A stretch of DNA of 64,000 nt from Candidatus Saccharimonadota bacterium (GCA_016176605.1 JACOWW010000005.1:127-64126); one strand, 5' to 3'; positions 28,465 through 38,168 are shown, counted from the stretch's first letter. Made by a program: numbers and translations. Notes: a model not told the origin generated them from the sequence alone.

Positions 28465-29738
28465 TAGTCAATAGTACCAATAACCGGGTCGCCGATTTGG
28501 ATTTTTTGGCTGGGCGCTATCCCACGGCGCTCCAGTTCCTTCATAATCCCCATTTTATACATGATGTCACGCAGGCGCTGCTGGCCGTGATAGTCGCCGA
28601 AGTGAGTACGAGCCGCAAAGCGTTCGATTTTTCTGCCGGTGATCACAAATCCCTCTTTGGTCTTTTTGATTATCCAGACATCCTCATCCTCACGCAAGCC
28701 AATGACAGGCAGTTCGGCTTTGGCCTTTTTATGCGGGGGCTGCTTTTTGATTTGTTCAACCTTTTTTTGCACCGTACGCAGTAGCGCTTTCACCCCTTCG
28801 CCGGTAGGGCTGGCGATGGCCGTCACTATCACAGTTCGTCCAGCAATCTGCTTAAGGGCTCCCAGTTGTTTTTCGACCTTGCTTTTATCTACCCCGTCTA
28901 TTTTGGTTAGGGCCACGATTTGCGGCTTTTTACTTAAATCTATTTTATAGTCGCGCAGTTCCTGCATGATAGTTTGGTAATCCCCGGCGATATTTTGGCT
29001 GTAGACGTCAACCAAATGGACCAGCAGACTGGTGCGCTCGATGTGCCGCAGGAATTCATCGCCTAGACCTTTACCCTGACTGGCACCTTCGATAAGACCT
29101 GGGATATCGGCAAACAGCAGACTGGTTTTTTGGTCGATGTCTACCACTCCCAGATTTGGCACTAAAGTTGTAAAAGGATAGTCGGCAATTTCCGGCTTGG
29201 CGTTGCTGATAACAGATAGCAAAGTCGATTTTCCGGAGTTTGGCAGGCCAATTAGCCCGACATCGGCAATCATTTTCAGCTCCAGTGCAGCTTGGAGCAT
29301 CTCTCCCGGCTCGCCCTTTTCTGCGACTTTAGGAGCCTGGCGGGTGGAGCTCACAAAATGGGCGTTACCGAACCCCCCTCGTCCGCCGCGTGCTAAAACC
29401 TCCAACTGACCATCGACTGTAAAATCGGCCAAAACTCGACTGGTTTGGTCGACCACAACTGTGCCTACTGGCACAGCCACCTCTAAATCAGCGCCGTTTT
29501 TGCCGTGTTTTTTATCGCGCATCCCCGGTCGGCCGTTTTCGGCCTTTAGTAATTTTTTATAACGGAGGGCGGCTAGTGTGTTTTGATCATGACTGGCGCG
29601 CAGGATAACAGCGCCGCCATGCCCGCCGTCACCGCCGTTAGGCCCACCAAGTGTTCTAAACCGCCGCCTGAAACTGACAATGCCGTCACCGCCATCGCCC
29701 GCTTTTACGGTCACATTAACTCGGTCCACAAAACTCAT
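28461..29738 (-). CDS. obg: GTPase Obg/CgtA
   Basis: It has the Gly-rich Obg fold ('GDGGDG', 'GGRGGFGN'), G1 'GLPNSGKST', G3 'DIPGLIEGA' and G4 'TKID'. Confidence 0.95.
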   Translation of the reverse strand: MSFVDRVNVTVKAGDGGDGIVSFRRRFRTLGGPNGGDGGHGGAVILRASHDQNTLAALRYKKLLKAENGRPGMRDKKHGKNGADLEVAVPVGTVVVDQTSRVLADFTVDGQLEVLARGGRGGFGNAHFVSSTRQAPKVAEKGEPGEMLQAALELKMIADVGLIGLPNSGKSTLLSVISNAKPEIADYPFTTLVPNLGVVDIDQKTSLLFADIPGLIEGASQGKGLGDEFLRHIERTSLLVHLVDVYSQNIAGDYQTIMQELRDYKIDLSKKPQIVALTKIDGVDKSKVEKQLGALKQIAGRTVIVTAIASPTGEGVKALLRTVQKKVEQIKKQPPHKKAKAELPVIGLREDEDVWIIKKTKEGFVITGRKIERFAARTHFGDYHGQQRLRDIMYKMGIMKELERRGIAPSQKIQIGDPVIGTIDY

Positions 29739-30003
29739 ACCTAAAGAGTACCGAGTCCTTAGTCCTTAGTCCACAGCTAACCCCCCATCATTGACTGTCA
29801 AGCGAGCCCCAAAAATGAACAAACCCCGAGCAAACGGATGAAGCTAGGCTCAAGCGAGAGCCGAATAAAGCCAAAAGATAGTCCTGAACCTCATCTAAAG
29901 AAAGTGAAGGGCCGACTGTAAGGAGTCCTTTTGGCGCGGCGCAGGTCCAGTTTAGATTCAATCGTGCTTTGCGAAAGGTTTGTGAGGTTTTGGGGTGAGC
30001 GCC

Positions 30004-31125
30004 CTATTGATAAATGTAATTTTGGAAGCGAGTAATAGGTGTCCAGTCACTAAAGCCAACCCGGCCCCAACCGGCCAGGCCGTTCATATCGGAATACTTA
30101 ATCATCGTGCCGTCAGCTGAAACCTCGCTAACAACCCCTACATGCCCTAGCCAGCCGGCGTTGGTTTGGCCGATAGCACCGGGACGTGGAGTAGTACTGA
30201 CAGTCCAGCCGGAAGCTGCCGCATAATTATCCCATGTGTTGGCATTGCCCCAGTTGTTGGGCACGGTAACCTTGCCAGCCACGTAGTAAGTACAGTAGCC
30301 GAAGTCATAACCATTGCCGCCATAACTGGCCACGAATACTCCATAGGTTAAAGGCGCGGATTTACTGGCGTTAGGAATTATTATTTGTTCGCCAAGTTTC
30401 AAGCCATTTATTTCAGCATCGTTATAGGTAATGATTTGGCTCTCATCGGCGCGGTATTTGGTGGCTAAAGCGGCTGGCGTATCACCGGCCTTGACCGTAT
30501 AGACTATCCCGTTAACCGGCGGTATCGATAATTTGGTGCCAGCCGCAATGGCATTGCCCGACAGGTTATTGGACCAACGGACGCTGTCGGCACTAATGCC
30601 GTATTTATCGGCGATTTTCGCGATAGTATCTCCAGCTTGGGCGGTGTACTGTATGATGCCTTGCTTGGACTTTTGGACAGTTGGCACAATCTGCGGTTTG
30701 GCTAAAATAGTGGTATCGCTGGGGGTCATAGCCAGTAAGATACTGTCGCTGTCGGCTTGGCTGCGGACGGCTTTTATCTCAGGCAGTTGGGCCATCTGGG
30801 CCGCAGTCAGGGCGATTTGGGCGGCCGATAACTGGTCCAGCGGGCTTTGTTGGGCGCTGGCCGTCGCGCTCACACTATTAACCGTACCAGTGCGGATGGT
30901 CTGGCTGGCCGAGCGATTGCTAATAATAAAAGTGCCAATTCCCAAAAGCAGTACCAAGTTACCAACGACCAGCCCCCAGCGGGTCACGCGCCGCTTGGAT
31001 TTTTTATCAAGCCTGTCGTATCTTTGTTTGGGCAACGAGGAAATAGAGTCCAGCGAAGGGACCTTTCGACTAATATCGGAAAGTTTGATCTGGGGTTTCT
31101 TAAGCTGCGGCCTAGAAATATTCAT
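30004..31125 (-). CDS. Peptidoglycan hydrolase with two LysM domains and a C-terminal CHAP domain
   Basis: It has LysM repeats ('YTAQAGDTIAKIADKYGI', 'YTVKAGDTPAALATKY'), a CHAP-like 'GYCTYYVAG...WGNANTW...GHVGVV' and an N-terminal TM anchor. Confidence 0.85.
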   Translation of the reverse strand: MNISRPQLKKPQIKLSDISRKVPSLDSISSLPKQRYDRLDKKSKRRVTRWGLVVGNLVLLLGIGTFIISNRSASQTIRTGTVNSVSATASAQQSPLDQLSAAQIALTAAQMAQLPEIKAVRSQADSDSILLAMTPSDTTILAKPQIVPTVQKSKQGIIQYTAQAGDTIAKIADKYGISADSVRWSNNLSGNAIAAGTKLSIPPVNGIVYTVKAGDTPAALATKYRADESQIITYNDAEINGLKLGEQIIIPNASKSAPLTYGVFVASYGGNGYDFGYCTYYVAGKVTVPNNWGNANTWDNYAAASGWTVSTTPRPGAIGQTNAGWLGHVGVVSEVSADGTMIKYSDMNGLAGWGRVGFSDWTPITRFQNYIYQ

Positions 31126-31244
31126 CCTAAAAATACGAAAGGTAAGCTAGAGGCAGGACAAAGACCTTTCGTAGGTATTATTATATCAATCCACTCCGCC
31201 AATAGGCGCCTCTGACCACTGTTTGTGTATCCCTTGACAAAGTC

Positions 31245-32288
31245 CTACCTGAGGCATAGATTAGTGCAGTATTTTTTAACTGCTTCCTCGTGCTCGACTT
31301 GGGTGCGGCTAAAGTGAACTTCAAGGTCGTCCCCAGCCACGAAGAAGAGGTAGTCGGTAGTCGCCGGATTGGCAACCGCACGTAAAGCGTCATAGGTCAT
31401 GTTGCTGATCGGCCCGGGCGGCAAGCCGTCGTTTTTATAAGAGTTATAAGGAGATTCAATGGCCAGGCTGCGCTGCATCCCCTGGATGGCTGAGGCATAA
31501 AAGGCAGTGGGGTCGGATTCTAGGCGGATACCTTGTGACAGACGTTTGTAAAATACCTGGGCGACTGTCGGCTGGTAGCTCGGGTTATCCGTTTCCTGAG
31601 CGACTATGGAAGCCAGCGTTATACCTTGAAAAATACTAAGTGAATGGGCGCCAAAGCCATTAATAACTTCAGGGGTAAGATATTTTTGCATTTCGTCCAG
31701 CGATTCCCGGACGATAGTGGAGGCCGGTGTGTCGGCTTGCTTCTGAAAAGAGTCGGGGTATAAATAACCTTCCAGTGAAGCACCCAGCGGTAAACTTGCC
31801 AGCGCCGGATGGCCACTGTAAGCTGCCGGGTTGAAAGCAGTTTCAATTTCCGATTTGGAGTACCCAGCCGCCGCGAAAGCCTGCTTAATTTCATCTAGTC
31901 TTTTTTGCGGCAGGATGGTTAATAAATTTTTAGCCACATCGCCGTCAACCATTTTCTTAACTATTTGGCTGACGGACATCGAGGAACTCAAAGAATAGGT
32001 TCCAGCCTGCAATTTGTTGTGCAGTTCGTTGCTGCGCACGTAAGTTTCAAAGACCCGGGTGTTACGGATCAAACCAGCGCTTTTAAGCTTGACGCCGATT
32101 TGGTGCAAACTGGACCCGCTAGTAACTGTAAAATAGCGGGTTTCGGCTGAAGTTGAAACCGGCATCAGGTTATTGTTATACCAGCTGCGCAGGCCAATGA
32201 TAACGCCACCCAAAGCCAAGGCAGCTATTAAAATAACTACCGCCAATATTTTGGATGACTTGCGCGGTAGCTTGATCATGCTTTGCAT
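31245..32288 (-). CDS. mltG: Endolytic murein transglycosylase MltG (YceG-like)
   Basis: It has an N-terminal TM helix and the YceG pattern ('LASIVAQE', 'SPYNSYKNDGLPPGPISN'). Confidence 0.88.
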   Translation of the reverse strand: MQSMIKLPRKSSKILAVVILIAALALGGVIIGLRSWYNNNLMPVSTSAETRYFTVTSGSSLHQIGVKLKSAGLIRNTRVFETYVRSNELHNKLQAGTYSLSSSMSVSQIVKKMVDGDVAKNLLTILPQKRLDEIKQAFAAAGYSKSEIETAFNPAAYSGHPALASLPLGASLEGYLYPDSFQKQADTPASTIVRESLDEMQKYLTPEVINGFGAHSLSIFQGITLASIVAQETDNPSYQPTVAQVFYKRLSQGIRLESDPTAFYASAIQGMQRSLAIESPYNSYKNDGLPPGPISNMTYDALRAVANPATTDYLFFVAGDDLEVHFSRTQVEHEEAVKKYCTNLCLR

Positions 32289-32291
32289 AGG

Positions 32292-32705
32292 TTAGCACAT
32301 TATCCGTTGGTGAGGGGGCGCGTCTAAAAAATCCTGTAAAATGGCTGCCGCCGCCAGCGCATGCTCATCATAGGAGCTCTTAGCTCTTAGCTCATAGCTC
32401 TTAGCCTTGATGCTGGTCAATGCCTCGTCCTGGAAGTAAAAAGGCAAGCCAATCTCTTTTTGGGCAGTTTTTACCCACTCCCGTACCCAACGGGTTTGAC
32501 CGGTGTCTTCGCCGGATAGATTCCGGGGGAGACCAATCACAATAGCTTCCACTTTATTTTGTTTAATTAACTCTTGCACCCCGGCTAAAGCCTCACTGGT
32601 TTTAACAGTTTTTAGCGGCTCAGCCAGCCGCGCCGCACTCGAGCCGCGCGCCATCCCGACTTTAGCTGCTCCGACGTCAAGGGCTAGTATTTCCATTGCT
32701 GTCAA
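32292..32705 (-). CDS. ruvX: Putative pre-16S rRNA nuclease / Holliday-junction-resolvase-like YqgF
   Basis: It has 'ILALDVGAAKVGMA' and 'IVIGLPRNLSGEDT' motifs and the expected length of about 137 aa. Confidence 0.85.
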   Translation of the reverse strand: MTAMEILALDVGAAKVGMARGSSAARLAEPLKTVKTSEALAGVQELIKQNKVEAIVIGLPRNLSGEDTGQTRWVREWVKTAQKEIGLPFYFQDEALTSIKAKSYELRAKSSYDEHALAAAAILQDFLDAPPHQRIMC

Positions 32706-34407
32706 CCTGCTGCTGAATAACCGTTATTTTACCCGGTTTTTTGGGAGCTTTACTGACCCAAAAGGGGCTAAGTTTAACATCGACTTCTTTGACGCCAGGC
32801 AGGACCGATAGTGTCGAGCGGATATCGCCGCTCTTTTGGCCGCCGACAGTCTTTTTGACATTCACCTCATCTATGATTGGCACGGCTGTAGTTTCTTCGA
32901 CAAGCTGCAGGGTAACTTTGTTTGGCGACTCCTGGTTTTGGACGCTAACGCTCAGGCCCTTTAGTACATCTTCATTGCTTGGCTTTTGCTGGCTGGAATC
33001 GATTTGCTTATTAAGTTGGTTGGTGACAACCTTTTTAAGGTCGTCTTTTTTAACGCTTAGGATACTGTAGGTTATCTTGACGGTGATATTAGCAGTTGTC
33101 GCCGGCGAACCGACCGCCGGCGAAGACGTTGCCGCAGTGTCGCCAAGTTTTAGAGTAGATTCGATAACGTATAGATCCTGGTCCTCCAGGGATTTTTTGA
33201 ATTCTTTGGTAAATTTGTCGGTGTCGGCAGCAGTAATCTTTTGTTTAGCCCCGTCAACGTCGCCCTGGCTCAATATCGTAGCAATGTTGTCCGTGCCGCC
33301 GCTGGCACTACCGCTGGCGCTGACGTCCGAACGACCGGCTACGCTAAAAGCGGTTCCGGCGCCAATGTTGTATTTAGAGCCGCCGGTTTGGGCGGTAATA
33401 GATGTAGACCCGCTGGATTTAAAATAAATACAACTATTTTTTATCTGGTCAAAAACAAATGAGGTTTTTTGTTGAGTTATATAAGTCAGCCCGCTGGCAC
33501 TTATACCTGAGCCGGCCGGTACGTCAGCTGGCGTGGCTACGCTATTGCATACCTGAGCAGACATTGTTACTGAGCCTTTAGCTTTATCGCCGTTATTTTG
33601 CTGACCAGTGGCGTTAACGGTAGAAGTGGCGGTTTGGTCTTTTTTTTGAAGGACTGCCGGAATAACGCCTTTTTCCTCATCCAAAGTTTTGGCGGCCGTG
33701 TCCGCCGTTAGATTAAAATTGGCAGAAACCGGCAAGCTGGTCGTTTTGATAGTTATGAGCGCTTTGGGCAACACGGAAGTGGCCAGATAAATGAATACAA
33801 TCAGTAAGATCAGCCCAACACTCCCCAGCCCTAGTAATAATCGGAACTTATTGAAGTTTGGAACTTTCAAATGCTTATCTTTAGGAGTTTTTGGCTTGGC
33901 AGTCGATGTCCCTGCCGCCTCTTTAGCGGCTTCGTCTTCGCTATCCAGCGGGATAGTCTCTGGCTCTTCAACTTCGTGCCCGGCGGCCAGTTCACCAATG
34001 CTGCGGCCATAGTCAATTTTGGCGTTGGCCTCATCAATTTCTTCTTCGGTCTTGGCCTCGGGCGCCTCATTACTGGGCGGCGCCGCAGCTTCGTGCAGCG
34101 GCACTGGCGAAGGGGGAATATGTGGTTTGCTTTGTAAACTTTTAGCGACGTGGAGCTGCGCTGCGCCAGCCAACGGTAAAATTGCTGAGTCACTGGTTAT
34201 CAAAACGATGTTTTTACCGGCATTTTCGGCGGCGCGTTTAAGCAAACGCATATTGACGATACTTTGTAAAACCGCTGCCCGCTTGGGCAAAACCAGCGCG
34301 ACTACTTTGGCGCCGGCAGTTTCGACTTTATCGATAATCGAGGTTATTTCGTCGTCAAGGTCGATATAAACGGTGTCTTTACCTGGCTTCTTGGCCTCTG
34401 TCGTCAT
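32677..34407 (-). CDS. Hypothetical protein: cytosolic N-domain, acidic linker, one TM helix and a large Thr/Ser-rich extracytoplasmic region
   Basis: The start was set at ATG 34407 after a GGAGG SD. The TM segment is 'FRLLLGLGSVGLILLIVFIYLATSVL'. I recognise no family. Confidence 0.6.
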   Translation of the reverse strand: MTTEAKKPGKDTVYIDLDDEITSIIDKVETAGAKVVALVLPKRAAVLQSIVNMRLLKRAAENAGKNIVLITSDSAILPLAGAAQLHVAKSLQSKPHIPPSPVPLHEAAAPPSNEAPEAKTEEEIDEANAKIDYGRSIGELAAGHEVEEPETIPLDSEDEAAKEAAGTSTAKPKTPKDKHLKVPNFNKFRLLLGLGSVGLILLIVFIYLATSVLPKALITIKTTSLPVSANFNLTADTAAKTLDEEKGVIPAVLQKKDQTATSTVNATGQQNNGDKAKGSVTMSAQVCNSVATPADVPAGSGISASGLTYITQQKTSFVFDQIKNSCIYFKSSGSTSITAQTGGSKYNIGAGTAFSVAGRSDVSASGSASGGTDNIATILSQGDVDGAKQKITAADTDKFTKEFKKSLEDQDLYVIESTLKLGDTAATSSPAVGSPATTANITVKITYSILSVKKDDLKKVVTNQLNKQIDSSQQKPSNEDVLKGLSVSVQNQESPNKVTLQLVEETTAVPIIDEVNVKKTVGGQKSGDIRSTLSVLPGVKEVDVKLSPFWVSKAPKKPGKITVIQQQVDSNGNTSP

Positions 34408-34424
34408 AATCTTCCTCCAGAAGC

Positions 34425-34497
34425 AAAGTTCAAAAACCAAACACCAAACACCAAACACCAAAAATTGAAATTTGGTAATTTTAGTTTATTTGAAGTT
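34425..34497. repeat. Degenerate heptanucleotide tract
   Basis: It reads AAAGTTC AAAAACC AAACACC AAACACC AAACACC AAAAATT GAAATTT GGTAATT TTAGTTT ATTTGAA. A second short run, GTTTGAA GTTTGAA, lies at 34541-34563. Confidence 0.75.
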
Positions 34498-34570
34498 TGC
34501 CCGGCCTTCGCAGCCAAGCTTGCTTCGGCGAAGTAGGCAAGTTTGAAGTTTGAAGTTTTGAATAACGAAT

Positions 34571-35899
34571 TCATACACGCAGTACCTTGTTAATCTTATC
34601 TTTAACTGAAGCCCGTTCGTCGGCCGCACCGGAGTTTAGCGTATCCATGCCGACGCGCAGTAAGCCCATTGCTGTTATGTAGGTATGATCAGAGGCATCG
34701 CCTGTGGCATCAGTTATTCCAATAACTTCATCGGGCTGGATGTGCTGCACAATAGGTTTTTTGGTAAACGGCAGGTTTTTATGCCAATCGCTATCTTCCA
34801 GCCTATGTACTAACATCTCTAAACTGGAGCCGCCGCCGCACAGCAAAATTCGATGAGGTAAGTGATCTAGTTTATTCAATTCGGCCAAAGCTAGTTCGAC
34901 GCCAGAGGTCCAGACATTTAGTGTCCTGCCGAGCACCTTTTCGATGGCCGGTTGTTGTTTAGCGGCTACCAAGTTGCCGCCCAAGCCAATTTTTAAGGCT
35001 TCGGCTTTGATAAAGTCAATGTCCAGTTCCCGTTCAATAGCATGGGTAAAGGCCCGGCCGCCGATGCCAAACATTTTAGTGCCCTCCACGCCGCCCTCGT
35101 TAACTACCGCGATATCGGTCGTGCCGCCGCCGACGTCCATCAGCACGGCGCTGACATTGGTGTTGGGGTCATCGCCGACTACCGAGCGCGCCACGGCGAA
35201 TGGTTCGGCCGCTACCGCCAGCAGTTCCAGATCTAGTTCTGTGGCGGTACGTTCCAAGGCGCCAATGTGTATCATCGGCGCAAAAGCGGTGTACATTTCA
35301 ACCACCACGTCTTTACCCTGAAAGCCAACGGGGTTGGTCACTTTATAGCCGTCAATATCGATGCGCACTAAAGCGCTATTAACTAGGCGTACTTGTACGT
35401 CTTGGCCGCCAAGCTCCCAGGCCAGCTGTTGGCGAGCTTTTTGCTCGGCGCGTTCTTGAACCAGCTCGATAATACGCTCCATTTCTTCAATGTTCAGTTC
35501 TTTAGAGGGGTTATTACGAGTAAAGCGCACAGTCGAGGTGGTGCCTTTGACCAGTTCGCCGGCTATACCGATAATAACTGTGCGGGCTGAAACGCCAGCC
35601 TGTTGTTCGGCGGCCGCCAGCGCTTGGTCGCAGTTGGCCGTAACTGCGGCAATATCAGCGATGGCACCAGCCTGCATATCGGCCAGTTCCTGGTGGGCCC
35701 GGCCAACACCAATAATTTCCACTTCGTTACCCACCACCCGGCCAACCAACGCTTTTATAAATTCTGTACCGATATCCAGCGCTACCAGATAATTTTCAAC
35801 TGGTTTACCCCGACCGAAATGGAGGGGTTTGCCCCGCTTTCTTGTGACATTTGGTAGTTTACTTTTTAGGTCTTTTACCCTGTTAAGCATAGGCGTCAT
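34571..35899 (-). CDS. ftsA: Cell division protein FtsA (actin-like ATPase)
   Basis: It has 'LVALDIGTEFIK' and 'DVGGGTTDIAV' phosphate motifs and a C-terminal amphipathic tail. PilM-type is not fully excluded. Confidence 0.8.
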   Translation of the reverse strand: MTPMLNRVKDLKSKLPNVTRKRGKPLHFGRGKPVENYLVALDIGTEFIKALVGRVVGNEVEIIGVGRAHQELADMQAGAIADIAAVTANCDQALAAAEQQAGVSARTVIIGIAGELVKGTTSTVRFTRNNPSKELNIEEMERIIELVQERAEQKARQQLAWELGGQDVQVRLVNSALVRIDIDGYKVTNPVGFQGKDVVVEMYTAFAPMIHIGALERTATELDLELLAVAAEPFAVARSVVGDDPNTNVSAVLMDVGGGTTDIAVVNEGGVEGTKMFGIGGRAFTHAIERELDIDFIKAEALKIGLGGNLVAAKQQPAIEKVLGRTLNVWTSGVELALAELNKLDHLPHRILLCGGGSSLEMLVHRLEDSDWHKNLPFTKKPIVQHIQPDEVIGITDATGDASDHTYITAMGLLRVGMDTLNSGAADERASVKDKINKVLRV

Positions 35900-35953
35900 T
35901 CAGGTTGAATTATAGCATACCAACACCTCTACTCTCCGTCTTCCAACTCTCCA

Positions 35954-35989
35954 CATATTTCTATGTTTCTTAAGAAATATAGAAATATG
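35954..35989. promoter_or_regulatory. 36-bp near-perfect palindrome between divergent ftsA and the ArsR-like gene; candidate operator
   Basis: The sequence is CATATTTCTATGTTTCTT|AAGAAATATAGAAATATG, with one mismatched pair. Confidence 0.55.
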
Positions 35990-36002
35990 GTAGGGTGGAG
36001 GT

Positions 36003-36272
36003 ATGTTAAGCACTAAGAGGCTGCAAAGGCATATGAAGGGTGTAGCGAACCATCGCCGGATCAGCATTCTTTTATTACTAGAAAGGAACCCTGGACTTTC
36101 CCTGCTGGACATCGCCGAGCGCCTAAAATGGAACTTCAAAACGACAGCTGATCATTTGCAGCGGCTTACTTCAGCCGGGTTAATTATCAAAGGTCGCCAC
36201 ACGGGTAGTGTGCCGCATAAATTAACCAAGCGCGGCCAAACTGTTCTTGAGTTCTTAAAAACATTAGAATAG
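36003..36272 (+). CDS. ArsR/SmtB-family winged-helix regulator
   Basis: It has 'ANHRRISILLLLERNPGLSLLDIAERL...TTADHLQRLTSAGLI' and a GGTGGAGG SD. Confidence 0.8.
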   Translation: MLSTKRLQRHMKGVANHRRISILLLLERNPGLSLLDIAERLKWNFKTTADHLQRLTSAGLIIKGRHTGSVPHKLTKRGQTVLEFLKTLE

Positions 36273-36278
36273 TTTCAA

Positions 36279-38168
36279 CTATTGGAGAGTTGCTTTAATT
36301 CTTCGTACTCCAGCAGAAGAGGCTTCTTCTTTGACGATTTTGAAACGCTTGCCGCCTTCACCAATGATTCCAGTGTGTTCCACGTGCGGGCCGCCGCAAA
36401 TTTCGCGGCTGAATGGTCTGGCTGGATCACCGATCGTGTAAACCTTAACTCTGTCGCCGTATTTATCACCGAAGGCGCCCGACGCACCTTTTTTGAAGGC
36501 TTCGGGCGTTTTTTCTTCTTTCCAGCTGACCGGCAAATCTTCCTTGATTTTTTGATTAACTATATCCTCGACTTTCTTAAGCTGCTCAGGTGTAACTTTT
36601 TGCGGATGGCTAAAATCAAAACGGGTACGTTCGGCTGTGATATTACTACCTCGCTGGACTACATGGTCGCCCAAAACATCTTTTAGAGCGCGGTACATTA
36701 AGTGGGTCGTGGTGTGCAGTTTAACCACCGCCTCAGAGTGGTCGGCCAAACCACCTTTGAACATACCGGCGCTGGCGGTTTGGCTGCGCTTTCGCTGTTC
36801 CTGCATTTGTTGGTTAAACACCTTATCAGCATCATCCGCAATTTTTATTCCTCTTTTTCGTGATTCTTCTTTGCTTAGATCGACAGGGAAACCGTCTTGA
36901 TCATAAAGCTTGAATAGGAGCTCCCCAGTCAAAGTCGATGGGGCAGGTTTATAGTGCCCCATTTTTTTAATTTTTTCTTCCTGGGTAGCTGTTTTTGTAT
37001 CATATTCTTTTGCTGGTTTGAAATATGCTTCAAATTCTCGGAGGCCGTGGCGGAGGGTTTGGCGGAAGAGTTTTTCCTCTCGTATAAAGGCTTCGATTAC
37101 TTCTTTCTCAGCCTTTTCGACCTCCGGAAAGTCAGGTTTATAGATATCCACAACTATTTTTGCGACTTTTTCGCATAAATCGTGCTCGATGCCTATATCT
37201 AGCGCGTACCTGATAGCCCGCCTCAGTAGGCGCCGTAAAACATATCCTTGCGTCTTATTGCTCGGCATAACACCGTCCACCGCCAAAAAGATAGCCGCCC
37301 GCATGTGGTCAGCTATAACCCGCATGCTTTGTTGATGTTCGGCGTATTTTTTGCCAGATAACTTTTCTAAACCTTCAATAATTGGCCAAATTAGGCTGAT
37401 TTTGAACATATCGGGGTTGTTGTTAACCGCCGCCGCCAGCCTTTCCAGCCCGCCGCCAAAGTCAACGTTAGGTTTTGGCAAAGGCTCAAAGCCTTTGGAC
37501 TTTTTTTTGTAAGCCATAAAGACGCTGTTGCCTATTTCCCCAAACCGCCCGCAGTCACAGTTAGGGTGACATTTTTCGCTGTATTTATTGTCATGTTCTA
37601 CCCCCGTAAATTCATAAAATACTTCACTGTCAGGTCCACCGGGCTCGCCATCGCGCATACGGCTCGGTTCGCCCTCACGGCTCCACCAATTATGCTCAGC
37701 GCCATAGAAAACAATCTTATCTTCCAAAACTCCGAGCTTTTTCCAAATGGCAGCCGATTCATCATCGCGCGGTATACCTAATTTCTTATCGCCTTCGAAA
37801 CAAGTCGCCCACAGCCGGTCTTTGGGCAATTTCAATTCTTTAGTCAGGAATTCCCAGAACCACGGCAATTGTTCTTCTTTGTAATAATCGCCCAAGCTCC
37901 AATTGCCGAGCATTTCAAAAAAAGTTGTGTGGCGGTTATCGCCGACTTCGTCCATGTCTTCTGCCCTGAAACAGGTTTGGCTATTAACCAACCTTTTACC
38001 AGCAGGGTGCTTTTCGCCCAGTAAATACGGTACCAATGGCTGCATGCCGCTGCCGGTAAACAGGGTTGTTGGGTCATCCTGCGGCACCAAACTGGCTCGT
38101 GGAATCACTTTGTGCCCCTTTTCCTGAAAATACTCGAAGTATTTTTTACGTATCTCCTGCGCGTTCAT
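36279..38168 (-). CDS. alaS: Alanine--tRNA ligase, short form lacking the C-Ala domain
   Basis: It has the class II core ('FTGSGMQP', 'FFEMLGNWSLGDYYK') and the editing domain ('HTTTH', 'CGGPHV'). It ends at 'GVRRIKA' at 629 aa. Confidence 0.95.
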   Translation of the reverse strand: MNAQEIRKKYFEYFQEKGHKVIPRASLVPQDDPTTLFTGSGMQPLVPYLLGEKHPAGKRLVNSQTCFRAEDMDEVGDNRHTTFFEMLGNWSLGDYYKEEQLPWFWEFLTKELKLPKDRLWATCFEGDKKLGIPRDDESAAIWKKLGVLEDKIVFYGAEHNWWSREGEPSRMRDGEPGGPDSEVFYEFTGVEHDNKYSEKCHPNCDCGRFGEIGNSVFMAYKKKSKGFEPLPKPNVDFGGGLERLAAAVNNNPDMFKISLIWPIIEGLEKLSGKKYAEHQQSMRVIADHMRAAIFLAVDGVMPSNKTQGYVLRRLLRRAIRYALDIGIEHDLCEKVAKIVVDIYKPDFPEVEKAEKEVIEAFIREEKLFRQTLRHGLREFEAYFKPAKEYDTKTATQEEKIKKMGHYKPAPSTLTGELLFKLYDQDGFPVDLSKEESRKRGIKIADDADKVFNQQMQEQRKRSQTASAGMFKGGLADHSEAVVKLHTTTHLMYRALKDVLGDHVVQRGSNITAERTRFDFSHPQKVTPEQLKKVEDIVNQKIKEDLPVSWKEEKTPEAFKKGASGAFGDKYGDRVKVYTIGDPARPFSREICGGPHVEHTGIIGEGGKRFKIVKEEASSAGVRRIKATLQ

